Shown here piece by piece: positions 49,986-59,463 of a stretch of 64,000 bases of DNA (position 1 is the first letter of the stretch; each line of letters starts with the position of its first letter). Made by a program: the position numbers and the translations under genes. Under the pieces are notes generated by a model that saw nothing but the letters and a program-made list of their open reading frames with translations, ran no database searches and was not told where the DNA came from. Source of the stretch: Thermoanaerobaculia bacterium (GTDB taxonomy: Bacteria; Acidobacteriota; Thermoanaerobaculia; UBA5066); NCBI GenBank assembly GCA_038245905.1, contig JBBRRY010000011.1, positions 23,589 through 87,588 on the forward strand, written 5' to 3'.

Positions 49986-50660
49986 ATGCCTGCCCGGATT
50001 CTCGCCTTCGACGCCTCTCGGGGCGGAGAATCGCGTGTGAGAATGACTGCCGTGACACCCATGGCGGCGGCCTCGGCACACCAGCATCCTGGCGAGCGCG
50101 ACTGGCCCGGAGACGAGATCGCCCTCAGCCGGTTTCTCTCGGGCGACGTCCTCGGGTTCGAGCAGATCGTGCGCTACTACTCGACGATGGTTTTCTCGCT
50201 CGCGGCGCGCCTCGTCGGCCCCGCGGACGCGGAAGACGTCGTGCAGGAGACGTTCCTGCGCGCCTACCACGGGCTCGCGAAATTCCGCGGCGAGTCGAGC
50301 CTCAAGACGTGGATCTACGCGATCGCGCTGAACCGCGCGCGCGCCCGCATGGGCACGCTCGGGCGGCTGCGCGCGATGTTCGTCCCCGGCCGCTCGAAGG
50401 AAGACGACCCCTTCGCGAGCCTGGACGACGCAGCCGACCCTGCCGCCAGCCCCGAGGAGAACGCCGTCCTCAAGGAGCGCCGCATGCGCCTCCGCGCGGC
50501 GATCCGCGCGCTGCCCGAGGAGTTTCGCGCCGCCGTGCTCCTGCGCGATCTCGAGGGGCTTTCGTACGAAGAAGTCGCCGAAGTGCTCGGGATTCCGATC
50601 GGAACCGTGCGCAGCCGTCTCGCGCGCGGCCGCGCGCTTCTCAAGGAGAAACTCTCGTGA
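49986..50660 (+). CDS. ECF RNA polymerase sigma factor
   Basis: DAEDVVQETF, KTWIYAIALN and GLSYEEVAEVLGIPIGTVRSRLARGR. Start could be 50043 or 50061. Confidence 0.93.
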   Translation: MPARILAFDASRGGESRVRMTAVTPMAAASAHQHPGERDWPGDEIALSRFLSGDVLGFEQIVRYYSTMVFSLAARLVGPADAEDVVQETFLRAYHGLAKFRGESSLKTWIYAIALNRARARMGTLGRLRAMFVPGRSKEDDPFASLDDAADPAASPEENAVLKERRMRLRAAIRALPEEFRAAVLLRDLEGLSYEEVAEVLGIPIGTVRSRLARGRALLKEKLS

Positions 50661-51904
50661 GCGCCCGCCCGTTCGTCCCCCGTCTCGAAGGCGAGGAGCT
50701 CGACCTCCTCATTTCCCGGTCTCTCGACGGCGATCTCTCGCCGGAGGAGACGCGCGACCTCGAAACCGTCCTCGCGAACGACCCCGCGGCCCGGAAGCGC
50801 CGGGAAGACCTGGCCGGTCTCGTGGCCGAGGCGCGTGCCCTTCCCGCGCCCGCGCCTCCGTTCGCCCTCTCGACCCGCGTGAACGCGAACGTGTCGGAGA
50901 AGACCGCGCGCGGCGGATCGATTTTTCATCGGTTCGGGTTCTACCCGCCGCCCGGGATGACGATCGGCGCAATGGTGGTCCTCGGGGTCGTGGCCGTCGC
51001 AATCACCGTCCTGAACCCGGCGCCAAGGAGAGTCGCCTCGACGATCGCCGAGCGCGCCGACGGACCTGTCGACGTGTTTTTTCAGGATCGCGCGCGCTCG
51101 AACGACGTCGCGAAGGCGGTCGGGAGCGCGGGCGCGAAAGACGCCGGGAAGAACGCGGCGAAAGACGCCCCGAAGAGGTCCGCCCGAGCCCCCGGCGAGT
51201 CCGTTGCCGCCCAGATCGCGTCGAAGGAAAGGTCGCGGGACGAGGGTGCGGCAGCTCTGTCCGCGCCGGCCTCCGAAGCGTCCGGATCCCCGGTCTCCGC
51301 CGTCGAGTCGAAGCAGGTCGCGTCCGTCGTCGCTTCAAACGAGCCCGCGCTCGACGAAAAGCAGAAGAAGCTCGCGAAGAGCGAAGCGGATGCGGATGTG
51401 AGGCGAACGCGTCAGGCATCCGAGGAAGCGCCCGCCCTCGCAGCCGCGGCGCCGCGGGCGGCCGGAGGCATTGCTCCAGCGGCCCCGTCGGCTCAGGCTC
51501 CCGCCCGGGCGATGCGATCCATCGAGGCTCGTACCTGGTCCGTCGCGATCCGGGGCGAAGGCGCGAGGCGATGGATGCTGCGCCGTGCCCCCGAAAGCCG
51601 GCCTTCTCAGGTCCCGGTTGCGGCCTCGTTGTTCCGCGTCACGCTCGATGCGGACGGCCGCGTCACCGCGGTCCGCGCACTCGACGCGCGCGCCGTTCAG
51701 CCCGCGCTCCTCGAGTTCGTGCGCGGTCTCGTCTTCGCACCGGTGGGAAGCCGCGACGCAAACGTCGTCGGCAGCGTGGCCGACGGGTCCGCCCGCGACC
51801 GCGAGCAGAACGCGAAAAACGAGCGCGTCGACGCGCTCTCCGAGAAGAAGGCGGACAAGATCGAGAGTTCGTCCGAGATCGAGGTCGAAGTTTCCGCGCG
51901 CTGA
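50657..51904 (+). CDS. Putative membrane anti-sigma factor
   Basis: GTGA overlap with the sigma gene. LISRSLDGDLSPEE..LETVL (zf-HC2-like but without Cys/His), one TM, low-complexity linker and a small C-terminal domain. Confidence 0.75.
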   Translation: MSARPFVPRLEGEELDLLISRSLDGDLSPEETRDLETVLANDPAARKRREDLAGLVAEARALPAPAPPFALSTRVNANVSEKTARGGSIFHRFGFYPPPGMTIGAMVVLGVVAVAITVLNPAPRRVASTIAERADGPVDVFFQDRARSNDVAKAVGSAGAKDAGKNAAKDAPKRSARAPGESVAAQIASKERSRDEGAAALSAPASEASGSPVSAVESKQVASVVASNEPALDEKQKKLAKSEADADVRRTRQASEEAPALAAAAPRAAGGIAPAAPSAQAPARAMRSIEARTWSVAIRGEGARRWMLRRAPESRPSQVPVAASLFRVTLDADGRVTAVRALDARAVQPALLEFVRGLVFAPVGSRDANVVGSVADGSARDREQNAKNERVDALSEKKADKIESSSEIEVEVSAR

Positions 51905-51936
51905 GGCGCTGGAAAATGGACGGCATTCCCCTTTTC

Positions 51937-51965
51937 TTGACGCCCGTCCCGCCCCCCCCTAGACT
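51937..51965 (+). promoter_or_regulatory. Sigma70 promoter of tRNA-Thr
   Basis: TTGACG-N17-TAGACT. Confidence 0.75.
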
Positions 51966-51984
51966 CTCCTTCCTTCGGAAGCGA

Positions 51985-52060
<76 letters not shown>

Positions 52061-52175
52061 TTTCTCCGCTCATTCGACGCGCCCCGAACGCCAGTTTTCT
52101 CTTGACCGCCACCCGCGTTCGGTGAAAGAACCTGAGTCCGGTTCTCGACAAAAGAAGCGTCGGCGGAGGTGCCCG

Positions 52176-53351
52176 ATGCCCGCTGCGACCCCGGATGTCC
52201 TCACCGAGGCCCTCCTCGAACGGTGCCGCGAACGAGCGCCCGCTTACGACCGCGACAACCGTTTCTGCCAGGAAGACTTCGACGAGCTGAAGGCGGCCGG
52301 GTACCTCCGGATGGCGATTCCGAAAGAGCTCGGCGGGATGGGCCTCCGGCTCGACGAGATCGCGAAGGAGACGCGCCGCCTCGCGGGTTATGCGCCAGCG
52401 ACCGCGCTGTGCATCAACATGCACAACTACTGGGTCGGTGACGCCGCCGACCTGTGGCGCGCGGGCGACAAGTCGTGCGAGTGGATCCTCCGCGATGCCG
52501 CGGCCGGGGAGGTCTTCGCCGCCGGTCATGCCGAGCACGGCAACGACATCCCGGGCCTCCTCTCGACGACGAAGGCGGAGCGCGTGGACGGCGGATACAA
52601 GTTCACCGGAAGAAAATCGTTCGGGAGCCTGACGCCCGTCTGGACGCGGCTCGGCCTCCACGGGATGGACATGAGCGATCCCAAGGCCCCGAAAGTCGTC
52701 CACGCGTTCCTGCCGCGCGACACGAAGGGGGTCAAGGTCCACGAATCGTGGGACGTCCTCGGCATGCGCGCGACGCGGAGCGACGATACGATTCTCGACG
52801 GCGTCTTCATTCCGGACAAGTACATCTCACGGGTCGTCCCGGCGGGCGTCGCGGGCGTCGACGCCTTCATCCTCGGCTTCTTCACGTGGGGCCTCGTGGG
52901 GTTCGCGAACGTCTACTACGCGATCGCGCTCCGCACGCGCGACGTCATCGTCGAGCAGCTCAAGACGAAGACCTCGATCGCCCTGACGCGTCCGATGACC
53001 TATCACCCGGAGATCCAGCACGGCATCGCGGAGATCTCGCTCGAGATCGAGTCGATGGGCCCGCACGTGGAGGCGATCGCGCGCGACTGGGTGGAGGGAC
53101 GCGTCGGGCCGGACTGGTTCCTGCGACTCGTCGCGATGAAGTACCACGCGGTCGAGGCGGCGTTCCGCGTCGTGGACCGGGCGCTGGACGTCTCCGGAGG
53201 ATTCGGGATGTTCAAGAAGAGCGAGCTCGAGCGGCTCTTCCGCGACTGCCGGGCGGGCCGCTTCCATCCGACGAACTCGGCGCTCACGCACGAGATCGTC
53301 GGGAAGATCACGCTCGGCATCAGCCCGGACGAGCAGCCGCGCTGGGGCTGA
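52176..53351 (+). CDS. Acyl-CoA dehydrogenase family protein (flavin monooxygenase-like subgroup)
   Basis: IPKELGGMG, GRKSFGS, WDVLGMRATRSD and LERLFRDCRAG. GGAGG RBS. Confidence 0.88.
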   Translation: MPAATPDVLTEALLERCRERAPAYDRDNRFCQEDFDELKAAGYLRMAIPKELGGMGLRLDEIAKETRRLAGYAPATALCINMHNYWVGDAADLWRAGDKSCEWILRDAAAGEVFAAGHAEHGNDIPGLLSTTKAERVDGGYKFTGRKSFGSLTPVWTRLGLHGMDMSDPKAPKVVHAFLPRDTKGVKVHESWDVLGMRATRSDDTILDGVFIPDKYISRVVPAGVAGVDAFILGFFTWGLVGFANVYYAIALRTRDVIVEQLKTKTSIALTRPMTYHPEIQHGIAEISLEIESMGPHVEAIARDWVEGRVGPDWFLRLVAMKYHAVEAAFRVVDRALDVSGGFGMFKKSELERLFRDCRAGRFHPTNSALTHEIVGKITLGISPDEQPRWG

Positions 53352-53450
53352 GGCGAGCGACCGCTCAGACGTTGCCGGCCGAAGAACGCCACGTGTCGCC
53401 GCGTCGAAGACGCGGGGCGCGCGATCTGGTCACGCCGGCGGAGGGCAGCC

Positions 53451-54173
53451 TCAGCGCTTCGGGCCCATTGGCGTGGAACCGTGCATCGAGCCCCCGGCAG
53501 CGCCGTTGCTCCCCGGCATTGTCCCGGTTCCTTCGCTTCCGCGTCCCTGCGACATCGATCCCATCGACGAATGGTTCTGCCACGAACGCTCCGTCATCCC
53601 CATCGAGCCCATGGGCACGATACGAGGAGCCGTTCCCGGTTTGAACGTGCAGAACTGGTCCCGCGTCACGAGGAAAGGCTTGGTGGCGGGATTTGCGGAA
53701 ATCACTTCCACCGTCCCTTCGAATACGGCGAGGCTCGTCTGGCCTCCACCGTCGACGTCCACTCCGTAGCGAGTTCCGCGGACGGCAAGCAGGGCACCCG
53801 GCGTGGCGACGCGCCGCTCCACCGCTTCGCCTCCTGTGAGCGCGTCGAAGAAGGCCTTGACCTTGCCCTGTTCGAGGACGAGGAGGACTCCAGGTTCTAT
53901 GCTCGCGAGGCGAACGCGCGTGCCGGACGAGATCTCGAAGCGCGACGCCCGCTCGGGGACTGCCACGACCGCCCTCCCCAGCCAGTTCGTCCTGACGACG
54001 TCCCCGGCGTCGGCCGTCTGCTTCGCCTGCACCCGAAGCTCGTTCGTCTCGTCGCCTCGCGGATATCGGTACACGCGGCTCTTGACCTCGTCGAAGCGAT
54101 ACGTGAACGGCGCGGGGGCCGGGGCCGGCGCGGCCGCCCCCGCGAGCTGTGCGAGCAACAGAAATGCGATCAC
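53451..54173 (-). CDS. Secreted FecR-domain protein with Met-rich tail
   Basis: Signal peptide, GDVVRT and VATPGALLAVRGTRYGV..VFEGTVEV. Confidence 0.85.
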   Translation of the reverse strand: MIAFLLLAQLAGAAAPAPAPAPFTYRFDEVKSRVYRYPRGDETNELRVQAKQTADAGDVVRTNWLGRAVVAVPERASRFEISSGTRVRLASIEPGVLLVLEQGKVKAFFDALTGGEAVERRVATPGALLAVRGTRYGVDVDGGGQTSLAVFEGTVEVISANPATKPFLVTRDQFCTFKPGTAPRIVPMGSMGMTERSWQNHSSMGSMSQGRGSEGTGTMPGSNGAAGGSMHGSTPMGPKR

Positions 54174-55546
54174 GGTTCCTCCTCGTCTGCCTCGTCCGCC
54201 GCTCCGCGCCGGAGCTTTCGCGTCAGCGTCTTCCGCTCGATTCCCAGAATCCGCGCGGCCATGGTCTTGTTCCCGCCCGCCGCCTCGAGCACCGCGAGGA
54301 TGTGCTGCCGTTCGACGTCCTCGAGCGTTGCATCCGCGTCGCGCCGCCCGTCCGAATCGGGTTGCCGTGCGTCAGGGCCTTCCCCGATCGCCGGCGTGGA
54401 AAGGAGCCTCGTCAGGATCGCCAAGTCGTTCACGGAACCGGCATCGATGAGCAGTCGGCGGATGACGTGCGCCAGCTCTCGTACGTTGCCAGGCCACGGG
54501 TACGCCTCGAGGGCCGCGAGAGCGGCGAGAGCCGGAGGCGCGGCCGGCGGTTTGCCCAGGTCCCGCTCGGCCTGCCTCTGGAAGTGCTCGACGAGGAGCG
54601 GAAGGTCCGAGAGCCGGTCCCGAAGTGGCGGGATCAGGATCTCGTAACCCGCGAGCCTGAAGTAGAGGTCCTGGCGGAACCGGCCGTCCGCGACCATGCG
54701 TTTCAGGTCGCGATGCGTCGCCGCGACGACCCGGACGTCCTTTTTCTCTCCTCCGTCCGCCCCGAGGGGCGTGACGACGCCGTCCTCGAGGAACCGCAGG
54801 AGCTTGACCTGGAAGACCGGCGAGATCTCACCGATCTCGTCGAGAAACACGGTTCCGCCGTCCGCCTGCGCCAGGGCCCCGACGCGATCGCGGTGGGCGT
54901 CCGTGAAGGCGCCCTTCCGGTGGCCGAACAGCTCGCTCTCGAGCAGCGCGTCGGGGATCGCGCCGCAGTGCACCGGCACGAACGGTCCGTCCGGATGCGC
55001 GCCGAACAGGTGGAGCGCCCGGGCGACGAGCTCTTTCCCGGTCCCCGTCTCGCCGAGGACGAGGACCGGGATCCGCAAGGCGGCGACGCGCCCGACGGCC
55101 TTGTAGACGTCGACGATGGCCGGGTGCGAACCCACGATCAGGCTTTCCGGGCCGGGCTGCCGCGAAGAAGAGTCCTCGAACGGATGGGCTTCGAGCGCGG
55201 CCCGGACCCTGTCGAGGAGAACCACCAAGTCGAAGGGCTTGGCGATGTAGTCGAACGCTCCCGTCTTCGCCGCGAGTGCGGCCGTCTCGACGCTTCCGCG
55301 GGCGGTCATCAGGATGAAGGGCGGAGCGGGAACGAGCTGGCTCAGCTCGTGAAGCAGCTCCAGCCCGTCACCGCCCGGCATGTAGATGTCCGAGACGACG
55401 AGGGCAACCGGAGCCTGCCGGACGGCCGCGCGAGCGTCCGTCAGGTTTCGAGCGCGGGCGACTGCATACCCGGACTTCTCGAGCGCGAGAGCCACGGTCT
55501 CGCGAATGGCCATGTCGTCATCGACGACGAGAACACGCGGTTTCAC
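54170..55546 (-). CDS. Sigma54-dependent response regulator
   Basis: REC domain, GETGTGKE, GAFTDA, FLDEIG, WPGNVREL and an HTH. Confidence 0.93.
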   Translation of the reverse strand: MKPRVLVVDDDMAIRETVALALEKSGYAVARARNLTDARAAVRQAPVALVVSDIYMPGGDGLELLHELSQLVPAPPFILMTARGSVETAALAAKTGAFDYIAKPFDLVVLLDRVRAALEAHPFEDSSSRQPGPESLIVGSHPAIVDVYKAVGRVAALRIPVLVLGETGTGKELVARALHLFGAHPDGPFVPVHCGAIPDALLESELFGHRKGAFTDAHRDRVGALAQADGGTVFLDEIGEISPVFQVKLLRFLEDGVVTPLGADGGEKKDVRVVAATHRDLKRMVADGRFRQDLYFRLAGYEILIPPLRDRLSDLPLLVEHFQRQAERDLGKPPAAPPALAALAALEAYPWPGNVRELAHVIRRLLIDAGSVNDLAILTRLLSTPAIGEGPDARQPDSDGRRDADATLEDVERQHILAVLEAAGGNKTMAARILGIERKTLTRKLRRGAADEADEEEP

Positions 55547-57309
55547 GCCGGCCTCATCGCCGGATCATTGGCGCGTGGAAGCCGCACGCGGAACGATGCG
55601 CCTGCTTCAGCCGTGTCCAGCACCTCGACGCGCCCGCGGTGCCACGTCACGACCTGCTCGACGAGGGCGAGGCCGAGTCCGAGGCCGGGAGCGTCCGCTC
55701 CGGAACGCCCCCGCGAGAACGGCCGAAAAATCTCCTTCCGCTCTCCCGGAGGGATTCCCGGGCCCCGGTCCGTGACCTCGAGAATCGCTTCGGCGCCGAG
55801 AGTCCGAAGGCCGACGTCGACCGGCGTCTCCGGCGGCGAGAACTTGAAGGCGTTGCCGAGCAGGTTGTCGAGGACGCGCTCGAGAAGAGCCGCGTCCCCG
55901 CGGACGACGACGCCTGGCTCGACGGACAGACGCGTCTGCCGGCCCGCCCCGGATCCGAGCGTGTCGACGCGCCGCCTGACGAGATCGGAAAGCGAGATTT
56001 CTTTCGCGACGTCGACGAAGTCCCGAAGGCGTGTCCGATCCACGTCGAGCAGGGCTTCGACCATCTCCGAGAGGCGGGTCGTCTCGGTCACGACCATCGA
56101 GGCGACTCTCCTTCGCTCGTCGGGAGAGAGGTCGAACGATTCCAGCAGCTGAGCGAGACCCCGGACCGACGTGAGCGGCGTTTTCAATTCGTGCGCGACG
56201 ACGCGCCGCTCCTCCACGAGGCGAGTCGCGGCTTCTCCCGCGCGGGCCTCGGTCTTCCGCGCGGAGGCGACCACGGAGGCCACGATCGCCAGAAAAGCCG
56301 CGCCCCCGATCGTCACGACTGGCACTTCCAGGCGGGCGAAGCCGAGGAGAAGAAAGCCGGCCGGAATCAGCAGGACGACCGGAAGGAAGGCCAGCATTCG
56401 GCGCGGGGCAGCTCGAGTCGAACGGGCTTCCGTTCCCGCCGCCGCGAGCGACATCGCGGCGAGTCCGGTCAGCCACGCCGGCAGCGTACGGAGGATGCCG
56501 TGACGCCAGATGCTCTCGGTTGCCGCCGCCTGAACCAGAACCCCTGCCTCCTGCGAGCCGCGAGAGGCGGGCGAGACCACCCGGTCTCCGAGGCCGGCGG
56601 CCGTGACGCCGACGAAGACGATGCGGCCTCGAAGGCTGCCGGTGGATGCCCGCCCCGAGAGGACGCCGGCGGCGCCGCTAACCGGAATCGAGGACACGCT
56701 CGTTCGAAAGTCGGGGCGCAGGGATTGGCCGACCGGGATCGGCCGGTCCGGATCGACGAGCGTGATGGCCGCCAGCGAGAGGGCAGGCAGCGTCACGTCG
56801 TCCCGCTGCTTCGTCGTCAGGACGCGGCGGACGACTCCGTCGCCGTCCAGCTCGAAGGTGGCGTGACCCTCCCGGGCCGCTCGGCGGATTTGCAGCGAGG
56901 GTCGAATCCAGCCTCGCGCGCCGTCGAGTCCCGCGCCCACGACGGAAGGCCCTTTGGCCAGGGCGCGGGCCAGCTCGTCGTCACCCGGCCTCTCCTCGGG
57001 AAGGAGCAGGTCGACGACGACGCACGCTGCGCCGGCGGATCTCACGGCTCTCACAAGCCGGGCGATTTCAGGCCGCGGCCACGGCCACGGTCCGACGCTT
57101 GCGAGCGAATCCTCGTCGATGACGACTGCGGCGACGCGGTTGGCTCGAACCGGGGGGAGAAGCCGAAGCCCGGCGTCGCGGAGGGGACGCTCGACGGGCC
57201 CGGTCCATCCGGTCGTGGCGAGAGAGAGGGCAAGTACCCCCGCACCCGCGACGAGACCGGCCCGAAATCGATCCACCGTGGGACCTCCGTTATCGAGCCG
57301 GCCCCGCAT
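55543..57309 (-). CDS. CHASE2-domain sensor histidine kinase
   Basis: VVIDEDSLASVGPWPWPR, DGDGVVRR and GRIVFVG; three TMs; VAHELKTPL, NAFKFS and GLGL. Confidence 0.92.
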   Translation of the reverse strand: MRGRLDNGGPTVDRFRAGLVAGAGVLALSLATTGWTGPVERPLRDAGLRLLPPVRANRVAAVVIDEDSLASVGPWPWPRPEIARLVRAVRSAGAACVVVDLLLPEERPGDDELARALAKGPSVVGAGLDGARGWIRPSLQIRRAAREGHATFELDGDGVVRRVLTTKQRDDVTLPALSLAAITLVDPDRPIPVGQSLRPDFRTSVSSIPVSGAAGVLSGRASTGSLRGRIVFVGVTAAGLGDRVVSPASRGSQEAGVLVQAAATESIWRHGILRTLPAWLTGLAAMSLAAAGTEARSTRAAPRRMLAFLPVVLLIPAGFLLLGFARLEVPVVTIGGAAFLAIVASVVASARKTEARAGEAATRLVEERRVVAHELKTPLTSVRGLAQLLESFDLSPDERRRVASMVVTETTRLSEMVEALLDVDRTRLRDFVDVAKEISLSDLVRRRVDTLGSGAGRQTRLSVEPGVVVRGDAALLERVLDNLLGNAFKFSPPETPVDVGLRTLGAEAILEVTDRGPGIPPGERKEIFRPFSRGRSGADAPGLGLGLALVEQVVTWHRGRVEVLDTAEAGASFRVRLPRANDPAMRPA

Positions 57310-57328
57310 TCATGGGGACCCCTCGATG

Positions 57329-58249
57329 TCAGGGAGTCATCATGCCGCCGCCCATGCCGCGGCCGCCGTTCATCATGTTCCCCATCACGACGTAGCCGTC
57401 GTTCGTCAGGTTGTCGTTCACGACGGCGTAGGACATCACCATGCCTGTCGTGCCCTGGTTCATGCGCACCCGGACCTGGAGCCCCGCGTCGCCGGCCGGG
57501 AACTTCGAGTGCACATTCGCGAGGACGTCGTTGAACTGGTGCGACGAGTAGCCCGCGAGGCTGAAGGGAAGACTCTTCGCGCCCGAGCCCGTCGGCGCGC
57601 TGCCGTCGGCGTCGACGATCTCCACGACTCCCGTGGCGCCGTCGACGGAGGTCGAGACGACGTTCACGTTGACGCGGTTACCCGGCTGCGGCAGGAGCCC
57701 GAGCATGTACATCGCGTACTCGTCCATTCCGTGTCCGCCCGACATCGGAAGCGAGCTCATGGACATGCGCGAGGGCATCCCCATGAACGCGAGCCCGTAA
57801 GCGCCGGCTCCCGACTGGTTGTAGACGCGCACGGTCGCCGACACCGGGAAGCTCGCGACGACGCGGATCGCCCCGAAGCCGCTCGGAATGCCGAAGTTCG
57901 CCTGGAGGACGTCCGGCAGGTACGTGATGGGCTGTGTGAGGTTGACGGTCGTCGTCGCGAAAGGCGCCGACGTGGCCGCGTCCGCCTTGTGGAAGTAAAG
58001 CGTCGCGGTTCCCGTCGCGCTCGCCTTGATCCAGAGATCGGTCACGAAAAACGAGCTGAAAAGGCCCGGTCCACGGACGCCGGCGGGAATGACGAGGTCT
58101 TCGCTGCCGCTCGTCATGCCGTCCATGGGTCCGTTCTGTGTTCCCGGTCCGGGGCCGCCGCCCATCTGGGCGAAGGCGGGAAACGCTGCAAGCGTGACGG
58201 CGACGGCCGCGCCCGCGAGGATAGTGAGGATCGATCGAAGTGACTTCAT
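57329..58249 (-). CDS. Secreted Met-rich hypothetical protein
   Basis: Signal peptide MKSLRSILTILAG..; Met clusters MGMPSRMSMSSLPM and MGNMMNGGRGMGGGMM; beta-rich core. Confidence 0.8.
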   Translation of the reverse strand: MKSLRSILTILAGAAVAVTLAAFPAFAQMGGGPGPGTQNGPMDGMTSGSEDLVIPAGVRGPGLFSSFFVTDLWIKASATGTATLYFHKADAATSAPFATTTVNLTQPITYLPDVLQANFGIPSGFGAIRVVASFPVSATVRVYNQSGAGAYGLAFMGMPSRMSMSSLPMSGGHGMDEYAMYMLGLLPQPGNRVNVNVVSTSVDGATGVVEIVDADGSAPTGSGAKSLPFSLAGYSSHQFNDVLANVHSKFPAGDAGLQVRVRMNQGTTGMVMSYAVVNDNLTNDGYVVMGNMMNGGRGMGGGMMTP

Positions 58250-58326
58250 GAGGGTCTCCCTTGTTTTGGACGCGGCCGCTTCCGCCACGTTTGTGAATCT
58301 TATTATAACTTTATAACCAAATAGTA

Positions 58327-59232
58327 CTACTGAGCGACCACGACGCCCATCGTCAGGCCCGTCATTCCGCCGAGGCCCTCCGCGACGTGCTGGAGGTTGT
58401 GGCAGTGGAGCATCCACGTGCCCGGGTTCGTGGCCTCCAAGAGTGCATCGTACCGCTCTCCCGCGTTCACCGGCAGCGTGTCCTTCCGGTACGGGGCGGG
58501 GAGGTCGTAGCCGTCGGTCGCGGTGACCGTCCAGTTCATCCCGTGAAGGTGCATCGGGTGAACCATGTTTCCGGTGTTCACGATGCGGAACAGGACCTTC
58601 TCGCCGCGCTTCAGCTTCAGGTCCGGAACGTAGGGCCCGGTCTTGCCGTTGATCAAGAGGCTTCCGGAGCCCATGGAGGTCATCGTCGAGCTCATTCCGC
58701 TCCCCATTCCGCCGCCCATGGCCGCTCCCATGCCGCCAAACTCACCGATCACGAGCGAGAAGTCGCGGTCGTAGGGCTTCGGGGCGCCAGGACCCGGATC
58801 GACGATGAGCAGGCCGTAGAGGCCTCGCGCGATCTGGTTGGCCGCATCGGCGTGCGGGTGATACCAGTAGGTGCCGGGCTCTGGGGCGGGAAACTCGTAA
58901 ATAAACTGTCCCCCGGCCGGCACGACGGGCGCCGAGACGCCGGGCACTCCGTCCATGCCACTTGGGACCGGAACTCCGTGCCAGTGAATCGTCGTCGCCT
59001 GGGACAGCCGGTTGACGAGCGTGACGCGCACGGTGTCGCCAGCGGAGACGCGGATTTCCGGGCCGGGAACGGTACCGTTGTATGCCCAGGCCGTGACCCA
59101 TCGGCCGGAGCCGGTGTCCCACCGCGTGGCGCTCGCGGTGAGAACGACGTCGCGCGTGGCCGCGCGCGTGCTCGCTGCGGCGCCGACGAGACCTGTGACG
59201 ACGAGGGCCATGAAGATTCGCTTTCGACTCAT
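58327..59232 (-). CDS. Two-domain multicopper oxidase (small laccase-like)
   Basis: HWHG, WYHPH, HPMHLHG and WMLHCHNLQH copper motifs; Met-rich interdomain loop; signal peptide. Confidence 0.92.
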   Translation of the reverse strand: MSRKRIFMALVVTGLVGAAASTRAATRDVVLTASATRWDTGSGRWVTAWAYNGTVPGPEIRVSAGDTVRVTLVNRLSQATTIHWHGVPVPSGMDGVPGVSAPVVPAGGQFIYEFPAPEPGTYWYHPHADAANQIARGLYGLLIVDPGPGAPKPYDRDFSLVIGEFGGMGAAMGGGMGSGMSSTMTSMGSGSLLINGKTGPYVPDLKLKRGEKVLFRIVNTGNMVHPMHLHGMNWTVTATDGYDLPAPYRKDTLPVNAGERYDALLEATNPGTWMLHCHNLQHVAEGLGGMTGLTMGVVVAQ

Positions 59233-59284
59233 TGGCGCTTTCCCCTTGTTTCGCCCGGCGGGAGGGCGACTCAGTCACCTGCAG

Positions 59285-59300
59285 AGCGAAGTCCGTGCCA
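59285..59300 (-). promoter_or_regulatory. Sigma54 (-24/-12) promoter of the multicopper oxidase operon
   Basis: TGGCACGGACTTCGCT (GG-N10-GC), 52 nt upstream of the ATG. Confidence 0.7.
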
Positions 59301-59463
59301 GAGAAACGGAGAAGCAGAAACAGCGTTTTTGGGACCTTTGCCTTTGCCGGTCGGGGTCGCGCCTAAGTGAGGTGGGCGAAACGACCCGGAAGCATGGGTC
59401 GTGATGACCCGCTCGCTCTCCGTGAGGGCGGCGACTCGCGTGGATTCGCGCTAGGCTGATCCC

